A stretch of DNA of 58,840 nucleotides, counting the filler, from Sphacelaria rigidula (lineage: Eukaryota): the NCBI GenBank assembly GCA_964200075.2. It is 6 parts of 6 records of this genome, joined end to end, with 100 filler letters (N's around TTAATTAATTAA, not from the genome) between each part and the next. Parts side by side here need not be neighbours in the genome. Positions count along the whole stretch, not along the records: positions 1 to 9,725 come from CAXNAA020007889.1; positions 9,826 to 19,549 come from CAXNAA020007890.1; 4 more parts are not named here. One strand, 5' to 3'. The notes beneath the pieces were generated by a model. It was not told the origin of the DNA. It made no database searches and saw only the letters and a list, made by a program, of their open reading frames with translations. Positions 1-12,337 of this stretch are shown piece after piece (positions within the stretch are counted from its first letter, which is position 1; each line of letters begins with the position of its first letter). A program made the position numbers and the translations under genes.

Positions 1-1157
1 AAGAGGCACCTTGAACATCATCTTCTGTCTACACTCCAAAGCAGCTTGTCTGCTTGCTTGGCTTAAGTGCCATTGCGCCAACTCTAGCGATCACGTCAAA
101 GGGTTCATCGCGACACTTTTCTAACAGTGTGGGTGTCAAATACAACGACAAGTGGTTGATCATAGAGCACTCTTATTTCTCGTGGGGTCATATCTCACCC
201 CAGCTTGCAATGCATGACCTCCTCACATCGAAATTAATTCTACAAAGCTGCTGTGTCGAGGTGTTCACGCAACCAGTGTGTGCTTCAGATTGCATCATGG
301 ACGCACCCCTCTGCGCCACGCTAGCAACAGTTAGGTCACCACCATAGGTATCATTTTTCACTCCGCATGTCAAGAACGTCTCCACAAGTGTTTGATCTCT
401 CATACGCCCCCCCAACTGACGTGTCGCACGCTCTTATCGTCGGGCACCCAGATGGTCACATGTCGGGTAAAATCAACGATGAATAACACACCCCCAAGTT
501 CAAATTGGATCTGTTATTGCCGCAGCACCGCCCTTGTTGGCATGTTTATGACAGAGAACAATAGTGGTGACGAGAACATTGCCATGTTTTTCAACGACGT
601 GTTTTTCAGCGCACAGAGGCGCGCCCTGTCCAAAAAGAGAGGCAGAGAGAAATCGATCTTCGAATTGATGAGCTCCACAGACAAGAAGGGACGACACCCC
701 TCCGTACCTCAATGTTCTTTGGGGGGCTGTGCTCAGCAATTTAATAGCATGCCTACCGGCACATGAGAGATTGGGTACATGTTGGTAACATGCACGATGC
801 CAGTCTCTAGAGCGATTGGTAATCGCCGAACGAGGACACACAAAGGACACGGGCGAGGAGCTCCCTCTCTGTCGTTGCTTCTCTCTCTGGTGATATCGTC
901 GTCGACACGCGTGTACACCGCATTCGTTCGGTGCACCTAGCCACAACTGCTTCACTGTTGCAGACTTTTAGGGGGAAATATGGTTTCGCTCTGTGTAACT
1001 GTTACGCGTCATCCCTGCAAAGACGATGTGCCACTTGAACCTTATTTAAGAGATCAACCCCATTTTCCAGGATCTACTGTTCACTGTTTTTTCGGTTCTT
1101 TGATGAGCGGATCGATCTTTGGAATGTTTCACACAACAGATGCAAGACAGCACATAA

Positions 1158-1600
1158 CACGGGATCTTACAAATTGGCGATGGATCTTTCAATGGGGATG
1201 AGAAACCCGGAGAATTAAAATCTTCGTATCCACACCAAAACTTCGAAATATGGTTCCATTTCTCCACCTACTGATAGCTATTGGCAACTGCTATACGCCA
1301 TACAAATTTGGATTTCGATCACCGAAATGTTGGGGTACTAGGTGTAAAAGCAATTTTGGGCAATTTCGGGTGTCTGAACGAATGCCGAAATGGTTCCGAA
1401 ATTTCCTCTTCACCTAGGACCCCAATATTTCGGTGATCGAAATCCAAATTTGTATGGCGTGTAGCACTTGTCGACAGCTATCAGTAGGTGAAGAAATGGA
1501 ACCATATTCCAAAGTTTTGGTGTGGATACGAAGCTTTTAATTCTCCGGGTTCCTCATCCCCAATATAAGATCCATATTCAGTCATTTGTAAGATCCCGTG
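1158..1600. mobile_element. Non-autonomous TIR element (MITE/foldback), family CACGGGATCTTACAAA, ~190-bp arms
   Basis: CACGGGATCTTACAAAT...GGGGTACTAGGTG (1158-~1345) is the imperfect reverse complement of CACCTAGGACCCC...ATTTGTAAGATCCCGTG (1411-1600). No coding capacity. A second copy lies at 6531-6842. Confidence 0.85.
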
Positions 1601-1819
1601 TTACATGCTGCATGCTTGACCGGTTCGGTAGACATGCACATAAATTCACTTACTTCTTCTACATGTAACCTTTACGATTTTTTGCATCTGGGACGCTTGT
1701 GGCTGGGCTCGCCCCCGAAGCCATGTCCCGTGCATTGCGCCGACATTGATGTATCGCCTAAAACTTACGGTGTGCGCAACACTAGTAGACAGAAAATCTC
1801 AACAGGGGTAGGGTGATGT

Positions 1820-2672
1820 CTTTTTTAGCCTGACGAGAGATATCGTCCCACCAGGAGCAAGGGCATCCTCGTGACATATGAACTAGGTGCCGTTTCATTT
1901 ATGGCCCACGTCGCCGAGCACTGACCAAAAAATGTCTCATTTGAGATGAGTCGGGCTAGCTCTCTAGGACCGCAGCTGAGAGATGCAAAAATTGACCATC
2001 GCTGACTACGGGTAAGGTGTTTCTTTCTTTTTATAATCACGAAGATATTATAGACCTCGAACTGATTTGATTACCTCACAACGGGTGTCAGAAGGTGACA
2101 GAAGGCGCTGTCCTCGGCTTGCTTTGGGCTTCAAGAGGACGATGCCACACTTTTCTCATATATCTTTGGAATTGGTGAGTAGGGATTAGTATTAAAAAAT
2201 AAGTGAGTTGCATTCGTTCGTGTTCGGGATAGAAATTTCGTTGTTGAAAAGGTTTCTCAGATGCCAAATGTAAAATTTAGTTCCTAGAAAACTATATTTC
2301 CTTACCGATTTTCATGGGGCTTGTAAATAGTGCGGTATCGTCTTTTTGACCCCTGACTCAAGCCAAGGACGGCGCGTTCTTGTGTCACCTTCTGACACCC
2401 GTTCTGAGGCTATCTGAGGCTATCAAATCAGTTCGAAGTTTACAATTTTTTTGTGGTTAGATAAAATAAACATATTGCCCGCAACCAGTGATGATCAACT
2501 TTCTGGTCTTCTCTCTGCCGCGCTTCTCAATTGCTAGCCCAACCCATCTCAAACAAGACGTTTTTGGTCAGTACTCGACGTCGTGGGCCACAACTGGAAC
2601 TGCACCTAGTTCATATGTCACGAGAATACCCTTGCTCCTCGTGAACCAACATCTCTTGTGTCAGGAAAAAAG
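1820..2672. mobile_element. Foldback/MITE-like element with ~300-bp diverged inverted arms
   Basis: 1820-2121 (e.g. GAGCAAGGGCATCCTCGTGACATATGAACTAGGTGC; ACGGGTGTCAGAAGGTGACA) is inverted at 2358-2672 (TGTCACCTTCTGACACCCGT; GCACCTAGTTCATATGTCACGAGAATACCCTTGCTC) around an AT-rich core. Confidence 0.75.
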
Positions 2673-2964
2673 CTTGTGTGAACTCCGCAGAGTCGACAGT
2701 TTGAAGACACCACCCCTCCCAACCACCGTGCGATCGACTGTACATCACATAAAAGACTCGCTGCGGCTCATAGGTTGCGGTATCCCAGCTCCCATGTGGA
2801 CCACGCCAGCAGCAGCTAAGTCACCGTCAGAGGTCTCTTGTTTCACTCTGCATACCAAGAAAGTCTCCATGGTCGTCGGTTCTTCACTATATTTCTCCAT
2901 ACGAGTTTGGATTTTTGCGGAACGGTCATTGCTCGCACGCGTGTTTACGACAACGACGTAGCGG

Positions 2965-3261
2965 TGACGGACATAGTTCCCTGTTTCTGGGCGCGGTGTG
3001 TTCGTAGGATGGCCTGGGGTAGTCAGTAAGATAGATCTTGTCAGGATAAGGTATAATAGTTTAGTGACATTCCTGTTTAAGTTCCGGGCACTACGCGGGA
3101 TGACTTTATATTGTAGTGTTAGTGACTGGACATACGTGAGTGGTGCTTGTCGCATCTTGAGATCTTGACCCCTACTGGTGTCACTCTCCCTTATTCCCTC
3201 TTCATCAACAGAGCTTCACATACATTCCTACCTCATCTTGATCGGCAGTCAGCCGTGTCCA
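2965..3261 (+). repeat. Possible 5' LTR of the downstream Copia element
   Basis: TG...CA-bounded non-coding stretch directly upstream of gag, followed by a weak PBS-like TGGCTATCACAG. There is no second LTR in the scaffold to confirm it. Confidence 0.3.
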
Positions 3262-3405
3262 TTGATTGGCTATCACAGTCGTATCCATTGATCGACTACC
3301 TCAGTCGAGTCTGCGCCCCATCCTCTCACGGGGTCACGAAGCTACAAACACTCGAACACTCGAGAGTCCCTACCCAACTTGGGAGCTTTGTGGCCGAGGT
3401 TAACC

Positions 3406-4620
3406 ATGGAAGACTGGAGCACCACGGAGGGACACTCGGCCGTCGTGGGAGACACATCGTCTCCAACGAAAATGTTGGAGGTCAAAGAAAATGTAGCCAG
3501 TTTGGAAGACTCGATGGCGGATATCACCGAGCAGCTGGCGGAGCTCAAGACGATGATGGTGTCCCAGTTAGTGCACGGGACATCGTCCACTGGCCCCGGA
3601 GCGGCAGCGGACGGGGAGGGGGAGTCAGGCAACGGGAGGCACACCGTCGCCGGTGCCGGAACAGGGAGGGTCCGGTCACCACGCGGTGTAGGGATTGTAT
3701 CAGGCCCTCTCCGAGGATGCACGGGTGATGAATCAGCCCGAGTCCCCAGCTTCCTACCCTCATCTAGGCGTGGAGAATTATTTTCGTGTTGATGAAAACT
3801 TTGATGGTCAAGAGGGAGATTGGCCGTTGTTTCGTGATGATTTCCTGACACAAGTCAGTGCCGCAGGTTTTATGAGCGCCTTACGAGACACGCGGAATAT
3901 TCAGATTCACGATGCTAGTAACGAGGATTTGGTTAACCAGGGATTAGCACCGATGGAAATACAGATGTACAGACTCTTGTGGGCGGGACTGGTAAGCTCG
4001 ATAAATGATCAGATGTAAAGCAAACCGTTTCCTCCTGTACGGGATCGTCTGTGGCGTGGCGAGCATTAGAAGAGTATTATGCGCCGTTCACTGGTGGTGA
4101 AAAGATCTCGTCGGTTGGGAAAATTTTCTATATGACACAGGAAACTGGCCAGGACCCCCGCGAGTACTGGCAGGAATATCAGAATGTTATTGTGTCACTG
4201 GAAGCGGCTCTTGAACAACCGATACCAAAGAGATTAGTGTTCGCGCGTTTTCTGGAAGGACTCACAGCTGATTATGATAACCAAAACAACACCTCCTCTC
4301 GCAGGAAGGCTTGGACGTAGAGGAATTGTTGAGGGTGTTGAGGACTAGGTTCGGGATGGAAAAAGACAACAAGGGGAAGGAAAGCCAAGCGTTGGTGTCA
4401 GTTGAAAAGAACAGCAGTGGCAAAGGAAGTCGGAAGAGGAAATTGCAAGGGACCTCGGGAAGTACGGGGGATTCAAAAACAGACGGGCGTGAAAATGGTT
4501 CTGTGAAGAAGAGGCGATGTCGGACTTGCCGGAAGCAAACAACACACTTCGCGCGTGACTGTCCGGAACGACATTGCATGAGATGCGGAAAAAAAGGAAC
4601 ATTCGTTTCAGAATTGTAAT
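3406..4620 (+). pseudogene. Ty1/Copia LTR retrotransposon gag remnant (frameshifted)
   Basis: Stitched ORFs 3379-3792, 3695-4018, 4051-4320 and 4311-4619 give NFDGQEGDWPLFRDDF, AWRALEEYYAP, QETGQDPREY, RFLEGLTADYD and two zinc knuckles (CRTCRKQTTHFARDC; CMRCGKKG..). This is the UBN2/Copia-gag layout. Confidence 0.85.
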
Positions 4621-4937
4621 ACAGGAGAAGACGAAGATACAGCGATGGCACTAGGGTCATCGAGTAGTAGCGATTCTTCAGTATGCTCAGCAGCGGACGG
4701 AGAAGCCTTTTGAAAATGATAGCATGAAACCTATGCATGACTCAAATACCCCTTTGATGTCCCATGTCTTGAATGTTCGTGGCCATCATGCAGATAACGA
4801 TTCATGTACCCAAGGAAAGGTTGATGCCCAGGTGGATCGAGATGTTGGACATCTCTGGACGATGCTGAGACCATATTTCTTATATGGAGACTGTGACGGT
4901 TTAAGAGACAACCAACTAGACTACTGAGCAGTCAGCG

Positions 4938-5360
4938 CTGACTGGTCAGCAGTCTTCTAGTTGGTTGTCTCTTAAACCGTCACGAAAGTTAGTCGCTGGT
5001 TCGATTCCCGTCGGACGCACTTACTTTGAAGAAAAAAGAGGAGAGAGGGCCTCTGTAGAAGATTGGCCCCAAGGAGAGAAAACCTCTGTAAAAAATTGTC
5101 CCAAAGAAAAAGGGTGGGGTACAGCCTGGTGGCTATGTTTGGAGTGTACTGCTAAGGCTCCCAGTGCACACTCTGGAAATGAGTGGGGGAGACGAGTAAC
5201 TCAAGGATATGGTGAAAGGGACAACAGTAGAGGTCCTGATGGCAGTCGAAAGAGCGCTGGCCAGGGGAGTCGCCCTCCTCGGAGTGAAAGTGACGAGGAT
5301 CAAACCCCCACCGCTGACTGGTCAGTGGTCTAGTAAGTTGTCTCTTAAACCGTCACAAGA
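4938..5360 (+). mobile_element. tRNA-derived SINE-like element with duplicated head
   Basis: B-box GGTTCGATTCCC at ~4998-5009. The head CGCTGACTGGTCAG..CTAGT..GTTGTCTCTTAAACCGTCAC recurs at ~5312-5356. Confidence 0.55.
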
Positions 5361-5725
5361 CCGTAACTCAGTGTTGATTTTTGACGAATATCTCTATCTC
5401 GATGAGTGCAGACTTGATTTGCGCGCTTGTTTGACTCGATGGATGAAAAGAAGATCGTGTGCCGCTCTTGTGAGTGTGAGAAAGGCGGGGCACCGCGTCT
5501 TGACTTGACTGTTGAACGGTGTCGGTGAAATCGCACAGAATGAAGGTGCGTGAAGAGTGTTGAGGACATGTTTTGATATGGATGCCGAAACTCAACGCTC
5601 ATGTGTAACATTGTTGCCACCCCGATGAGCGCAGGACTGCGGGGCACCGTATCCTTACTCGATTGGTTGAGGTGGAACCTTGTTCGCTGCCTTGGTGAGT
5701 ATAGGCACATAGGGCACTATGACCT

Positions 5726-6018
5726 CACGGGTGGCCACTGGGGTCTGTAACCCGGCCATTTTGGGACCTTATCCACCTTTGATAAGGTCCGCGGATTGGG
5801 TAGACAGCTCAAGAGCATTCGCACAGCACGTACAGGATCGAAACAAAACATGTCCCAGTCTATAGGCGGGCGACTCTCCTGTAGACTGGAACATGCTTTG
5901 TTTCGAACCTGTCCATGCTGTGCGAATGCTCTTCAGTTGTCCACCTAATCTGCGGACCCTACCAAATGTGGATAAGGTCCCAAAATGGCCAGGTTACAGA
6001 CCCCAGTGGCCACCCATG
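5726..6018. mobile_element. Palindromic MITE with CACGGGTGGCCACTGGGG termini (293 bp)
   Basis: Near-complete hairpin: CACGGGTGGCCACTGGGGTCTGTAACC...GGTTACAGACCCCAGTGGCCACCCATG, flanked by CT on both sides (possible 2-bp TSD). Confidence 0.85.
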
Positions 6019-6530
6019 CTGACGAGACTAGAGGGTGATGTAGGTAAAACGTTCCGCAGTGGGGTATGCGAATGAATGATGGTTGAGACCACAAATTTGA
6101 GGTGGGTTCCGAAACCCAACATTTAAGTGAAAAGGTTGTTATTATTCCGAGGGGTGCAGGATTCGCGAGGCATCGGTTTCTTGACTGGATTGGTTGATAA
6201 GACTTTGTTGTTATGGTAGGAGGAAGGATTGATTAGCGCAATACTAGCCGCTTGACCTGATCATGATAATTTCGGAAGAGTGATTGTGGGCACAAGTGAA
6301 ATTCCTGTGCTACAGATCAGCAGAACGCATATGACCCATTTTTGATGGCTGATAGATAGAGCTGATATTATGTGCGAGATGCGGTGCATGTGCACAGCAT
6401 GCTAAAAGAAGAGTGCATTGTATCATCCATATGGGAGCTGGTCGTTCCTCGAAATTGCTGGCCAGGCGAAATCCATACGGGTGTACACATGATGGCACGG
6501 CATGTAAGAGTGAAAGTGTACTGCTTTAAA

Positions 6531-6842
6531 CACGGGATCTTACAAATTGGGGATGGATCCTTTATTGGGGATGATAAACCCGGGAAACTAAAATCTTCAG
6601 ATCCACGCCAAATCTTCGATATATGGACGCCAAAATGGGCCCGAAATTGCTTTTTCACCTAGGACCCCAACTTTTGGGTGACCGAAATCCGAATTTCTAT
6701 GGCGTGTAGCAGTTGTCAACAGCTATCAGTAGGTAAAGAAATGGAACCATATTTCGGAGATTTGGTGTGGATACGAAGATTTTAATTTTCCGGGTTTTTC
6801 ATCCCCAATAAAAGATCCATCCCCAATTTGTATGATCCCGTG
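6531..6842. mobile_element. Internally deleted copy of the CACGGGATCTTACAAA MITE
   Basis: Same termini and right arm as 1158-1600, with a shortened left arm. Confidence 0.85.
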
Positions 6843-7195
6843 TTTTATGCAACCAGGATGCTAGCGGCCGAACTGCTGTTTGATCGATGTGTGATATGTG
6901 AACAAGAAGTGAAGACTTGAAATGATGATTGTGCTGAACCCGGGTATGGTATGTGGATGTACCAGCCTGGATTCGTTTTTGAGGATCAACATTTAATTGA
7001 GGTTTAACGGGCCATCGAAATTTGATTTACTTTGTTCAAAAGGCTCGGGATTCGCAACCGCTTTCGACCATGTGCCCCTGACGCAGAAGTTTCTGCGCGG
7101 CAGCGAAAGCATGATGGTGAGGAGTCCAACAGAAAAACCACCGTCATTCATTGTGTCGCATTTTTTTAGCAACCCTTTTCTGCGTCTAAACGCTA

Positions 7196-7305
7196 CACGG
7201 ATGGTCACTGGGGTGCCTGCAACCTCGAATATGGACGTTACAGACGTTGTGCAACGTCTGTAACGTCCATATTCGAGGTTGCAGGCACCCCAGTGGCCAC
7301 CTGTG
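7196..7305. mobile_element. 110-bp hairpin MITE (CACGG..GG(C/T)CACTGGGG family)
   Basis: Almost perfect palindrome centred on GACGTTGTGCAACGTC. A sister copy of identical length is at 19114-19223. Confidence 0.9.
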
Positions 7306-8987
7306 TGTTGGAAAAAGAACAAGAACCCCATTTCTGGAGGAAAACTGGACGACGAAATAAGAACTTGGCAAATAACAACTGGTTGGTGCTAGGGTTTGGG
7401 CAGCCAACAACAACGAAGCCTCGCTCAAAAAAGGAGGTTCTTAAGTGCGCGCCGGCAATCCCCTTTTTCAAGATTCCCTTTCCGAAGAAGGGCCGGTGAT
7501 TGGTCGCGTCGACACCACTCCTTCCCCCCCCAAAAAATATCCCCTCGAGGTGCACAGAAATCCCCTCTCAGGAGAGAGGATATCGGGACACATCGAAGGG
7601 GAACACGTACGCGTCGGGTTGACAGGGGCACATGCAAAGGCTCACCATACAGCCCAACACAATCAGAGCTCACCCTGACGAACTTGGCGACCCCGCAAAT
7701 AATAAGAAATACACAGCTATAACCATGGCTGCTCATCATCAGCTGTGCACATCGGGCTTGACCTCGCTCAAATTTGTTTAAAATTCATCGGGAAATAAAT
7801 GATGACTACAGTAGTGTGAGCCACTGAAGTCCGAACGGCCACATGCGGCACCGGATCTCCTGAGGTTTGCCATATGTACTCCCTTTCTTCTTTATTTTTT
7901 ATTCCTGTTTTGCCTGTAGAGAGTTTCGGAAACACAAATCAGAACTCAGGGATAAGGAAAAACTCAGAGATTATTAAGAAAGTTGGGATTTAAGGCCAGG
8001 ATATGACGAATTCCCCTAGGTAAACCCCGAAAACGGAACCCTGAGAAGAGACATGCGCAGTAACTCAGGTTTAATTTTCAATTTTTCAAAAAAACCCTGA
8101 GTTGCTAGACAGCCCAAAGCGTTGGTGCCGAACTCAGGGCTATGAAGGAACTAGATACCCTGCCCCATAACGACCAAGGTTACAGAACACAGCCGTAGGA
8201 CAAATATCATAAGTGAGGTGTTGTCGGATGTTTTGAACGCCCACGACAGCACTGGTGATGGCAGCTCGTTCACAAGGATGACCCAAAACTACGAGGAACA
8301 CTTGGAGGCGAACGGGGGAGCCGAGACACCAGTCGAGCTGGCTTATGATGATGCGAAGGGCGGGAGTCGGCCGCTCAAGCAGCTGCTATGAGTGAGGACT
8401 TGACGAAATGGCAGCCCAACGTGAAGCTTGCATTAGCTCGAGCAGTTACACCACCGTTGAGTGGCCATTTTGTCGAGATCCCCGTAGCGGCTGCATAGGT
8501 GGCCCACTTCAGCCCCTCCACGTCATCTTAAGCCAGGTCGACAGGTGTCTCTCTNNNNNNNNNNCAGCTAGGATTACTGCGTGTGGTAAACCTTTATCGA
8601 GAACTACTGTAATTTCTCAAAGTATGCAAACGGACACACATATACATGGCACACTTGTACTACAGACAAAAGTAGTACAGTACTACAGACAGTCTGAGTG
8701 GTACAGCACAGAACACTTCCTACCGAAAGTATACAAAACTGTCTACAGACAGTCCAACAACAGTAGAGTAGTACTACCACCCTCAACTGTCTCAACTCAA
8801 TAGTGCTCTACCAGACACCGACATGTGCAGCACTTGTGAATGACTAGCGGGCGCCGAGGTGCACTGCCTGTGTGCCCAACGCTGTCTACTGTGCCGGGTT
8901 GGCATCCGGAGACTGTGTTTACGATACTGTGTGTGAGCTGTCTTTCGGTTGTTTTTGGCCTGCGCCGCCATTCGTCCCTGGCCCAAG

Positions 8988-9170
8988 CAAAAATATCTCG
9001 TTTTGGTGCAGTTGGGTCCGGATGGATTCTCAGGGCCTGTCTTCGCACTTTTTTTTTAGATTGAAAAAATGTGCGGTGGAATTGATTCGAGTGAAAAATT
9101 CTCGTTTTGATGCAGTTGGGTCCGGATGGATTTTCAAGCTTCCGATCGAAAAAAGACAGTGAAATTCGTG
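8988..9170. repeat. ~105-bp-period tandem duplication
   Basis: TCTCGTTTTG(G/A)TGCAGTTGGGTCCGGATGGATT occurs at ~8996 and ~9100. Confidence 0.7.
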
Positions 9171-9660
9171 GAGCGGTACTTGGAAGTAGGGTGTCTTGAG
9201 TGCGTGTGTGCGTGTTTCGTGCAGGAAAAGATAAAGGGGGAGCGGACAATGTGCAGTGCGGACAGCCCAAGACTCTATCAATCAGTTATCTCTACTTACA
9301 ATGCGATTCGATAACAACTTCAGCAACGTGCACCTTTGTACTGCCTGCACTGTCCATGAGCGTGCGCGCAACTCGGTTGCACACCGTACCGCACGCAGTT
9401 TCGTCCCGGATGACTACCATGAGAGAAGATGCGCAAGTTTTCGCCAACCAAACAAGCAAAACACCACCCAACTATCCCTGTGCTTAACTCGTGCTCTATG
9501 CTGCAGGGTTGCAGTGGTAGCTGAGAATGAGTTGGATGGAGTTTGCATGATCCTGTGAACGGGTGTTATCTGGCGTGATTGTCTGTGAGACAAGAGTCGA
9601 GTGCCGCTTCGCGCCTTTCGACTGGATATTTTCGATCGAAAAAAAGTGTTTATTCACATG

Positions 9661-9725
9661 ACCGGTCGCCCCGGTGGCTCAGTTGGTAACCTCGTAACCT
9701 TCTGATGGTTGAGTTGGGGGGTTCG
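9661..9725 (+). mobile_element. tRNA-derived SINE head (truncated by scaffold end)
   Basis: ACCGGTCGCCCCGGTGGCTCAGTTGGTAA (A-box) ... GGTTCG (B-box start). Same family as the 18865-19088 minus-strand copy. Confidence 0.7.
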
Positions 9726-9825
9726 NNNNNNNNNNNNNNNNNNNNNNNNNNNNNNNNNNNNNNNNNNNNTTAATTAATTAANNNNNNNNNNNNNNNNNNN
9801 NNNNNNNNNNNNNNNNNNNNNNNNN
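9726..9825. other. Artificial scaffold-joining spacer
   Basis: 100 bp of N-TTAATTAATTAA-N (stop codons in all six frames). Confidence 0.98.
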
Positions 9826-10234
9826 CTCGTTTCCTGCCCGTGCCCTCGCAAACGGGGTGCCTGGTCCATGCACCCAGGCCTAATGCAAGCAAAAAATCAA
9901 TCGCCCCCCCCCCCCCCCCCACCTCCCTCTCTTATGGCTATAGCATGCATGATTATGAGTACACCCCCTCCCTCTCTCCCTACGACTTTTCTCGTGCGTT
10001 CCTTCACGACGGCGTTGTGGAGAGGTGATTCTTTATCCCGGCTGGCAAAGAGGATACTTCCTACTTCACCTGCTAAGGCCTCTTGCGCATGTTGGGTCGC
10101 AAAGTCAATAGTCTTCGCAGAACACAAGTCCGTAAATTGGTGGGTTCCGTTCCACGGGTTCCCCGCCAATTCTTCAGGCCCTCATCAATCTTTCGACTAC
10201 TTTGTTTACCGCTCAAGTGTGAGGAATTCGCTTT

Positions 10235-10345
10235 CCTGTTCGTATTGATTAAGACGGGGATTCGAACCCGCGACCTTCTTCTCGGCGAGGATACAGAATC
10301 ATCTCTCGGTGTCCCCAATTTTGAGAAGCTAGTGAGTCGTCTGCA
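10235..10345 (-). mobile_element. tRNA-derived SINE-like head
   Basis: Minus strand reads ...AGAAGGTCGCGGGTTCGAATCCCCGTC (canonical B-box/T-arm). No complete cloverleaf is recognisable. Confidence 0.5.
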
Positions 10346-11409
10346 GACATTTGTGGGAGTTTCTCCCTTACGTTGGGTCGCACCCACAGAAAAGTATACT
10401 TCCGGTCTGCAGCAACAGGGTAGATGGAGCGTTTCTGGTTTGTAATTGCTAGAGAATCAGTTGCACGGAACCGCAACAGGTTGCTGACGCAAAGGAGACG
10501 GATTGGAAGGTGAGAGTTGGGGACTTGGGGGCAGTTTCAAAACAACGAATCAAATAAAAAAATGATGTCCACAAACCTTATCCAGTATCTTGCGCGATGG
10601 TGGGCAGCATACTCCAGCGCAGTCCGGCCCGTTGCACCATGTTCAGTAGCGCAATAGCCATGGTCGTGTAGTGCTTTGAGGCAACGTCCATCCTCTCGCG
10701 TCGGTTTTGCATTACACGTGAGTCCCGAATTGGTCTTTCCCGGTTTGAGGACGACCCCTCTCCGTTCGAAGCTGGCGTCTATGCACCTGGGGCAAGCACG
10801 CACATGTAGTACAGGCAGCGCAAAAATCGTCCGGGGTCGAAAAAGACTTCACCCCAGATAAGTAGGTTTTGATTTGCCGCATATCCGCCGCAGACGTACT
10901 CAAGATATACTAGGTTAAAAGACGGATGATAGCCGCATTTGCATACAAAACGTCTCAGGTTACGGTGCAGGTCGTCGATGTACGCGCTCACAGCGTCAAT
11001 CCCCACAACGTCAACCCCTTGGGTCAAGACTGTGCAACCGTTTTTACATTTGCATTTCCATCAGCACTGAACGTGTTCGTTTCTATTGCAACACTTCCTC
11101 TATTCATTGATCAAAGCTGAGAACTGTCCCATCAAGTGAAAGCCTCGTTGGGAGGAGGGGGTGTAACAACGAACTCTCAGCATCGTACCCAGACAAGCGC
11201 ATTTGAAGCGGAAGAACTCATTTCGCATTTATTGCCAACCAACGTGTAACCAGCACATACCGACCCACACAAATAATTATTCGCCCTTTCATGAGGGGTC
11301 CGTCCTAGCGTGCTGCATTGCAGAAGAACGCTTGGTTTCTTCCCTGCTAATCATAAAACCAGATTTCTTAGGGTACTAGGCGGGCGCATGGGACACTTGG
11401 CAAAAGTTC

Positions 11410-11500
11410 GTGACCGCGGGCTCTATGGAGTCGAAACAGGGAGACAACACAGCAGTGACCGCAGGCTCTATGGCGTCGAAACGGAGAGCAAACACACCAT
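11410..11500. repeat. 45-bp tandem duplication
   Basis: GTGACCGC(G/A)GGCTCTATGG(A/C)GTCGAAAC occurs twice, head to tail. Confidence 0.75.
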
Positions 11501-12284
11501 TCATGAAAACCAGACTTCTTGTACGATACTACACCGTTGATATCACCAAGCGGTTTGTTATGTACATTTGTCCGCATTATCATCACGAGGGTTAGAGGTC
11601 CTGAGGCATACCTCCCCCCCCCTCGTGTCTATGGTGTTGACACAAATATGGAGCGATGGTGCCACCTTAGAACACGGCAGCAGCATTCTGTGAGATAACA
11701 CCCTTGAAGCACGTGAACATTCACCTACTTGAGTGCTTCCACATCACAGCTGCAGCGTATCAGACACTGGGGCGCTGCGACTCAATCGAGTGTTTTTTAC
11801 TATTACCAACAGAGAGAGGTAAGCAATCAAGTAGGAAATAATGATGGTAATACATGTTTCTTTCTCACTGACGGTAAGTGACGAACTCTAAAGCAGTCGA
11901 AGCACAAGCGAAGGAGCAAGACCGTGGAGGGAGGCCTCCAACGCACCTTATGATGCAATCGGCGAAATGTTGGTTGGTTAGAGCGCTCGACGGTCGCTCT
12001 ATCTGTGTGCCGGGTGCGATGGGTGTTGCGTTGTCGGTGCGGGCGGGGCTGGCCACACCACGTGGCGACGCCCCGTCCTTTCCCTTGCGCCGAGGAAAAT
12101 AATTCTTCATCACGCACGTGTGAGTCGTACGCGATCGGGAAAAACGAAATGCGAAGGGATAATTCCGTCGCGGTGTGCATTTGATGCAGTGAGGGTACCT
12201 CACGCGGCGGGGTTTTTGAGGCGGGGTTCGAATAACAACAAAAACCGCCGTGTTTCTCTGACTGTTGTAGCTGCTGCTGCTGCG

Positions 12285-12337
12285 GTGGTTGTGGTGGTGG
12301 TGGTGGTGGTGGTGGTGGTGGTGGTGGTGGTGGTGGT
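12285..12337. repeat. (GTG)n microsatellite
   Basis: Direct observation. It explains the poly-His and poly-Val ORFs in the track. Confidence 0.95.

Noticed and set aside
5380..6525. Faint Penelope/RT-like peptide fragments on the minus strand (e.g. QQFRGT..)
   Set aside because: No YxDD or other diagnostic motif could be read, and it is too degraded to call.
9726..9825. TTAATTAATTAA palindrome recurring every ~9.8 kb as a biological periodic signal
   Set aside because: It is embedded in N runs of fixed length and is an assembly concatenation linker.
10235..10345. Genuine tRNA genes at GGTTCGAATCC / GGTTCGATTCC sites
   Set aside because: No complete acceptor and anticodon stems were found. 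The similar heads elsewhere are followed by repeated non-tRNA bodies, so these are SINE-like.
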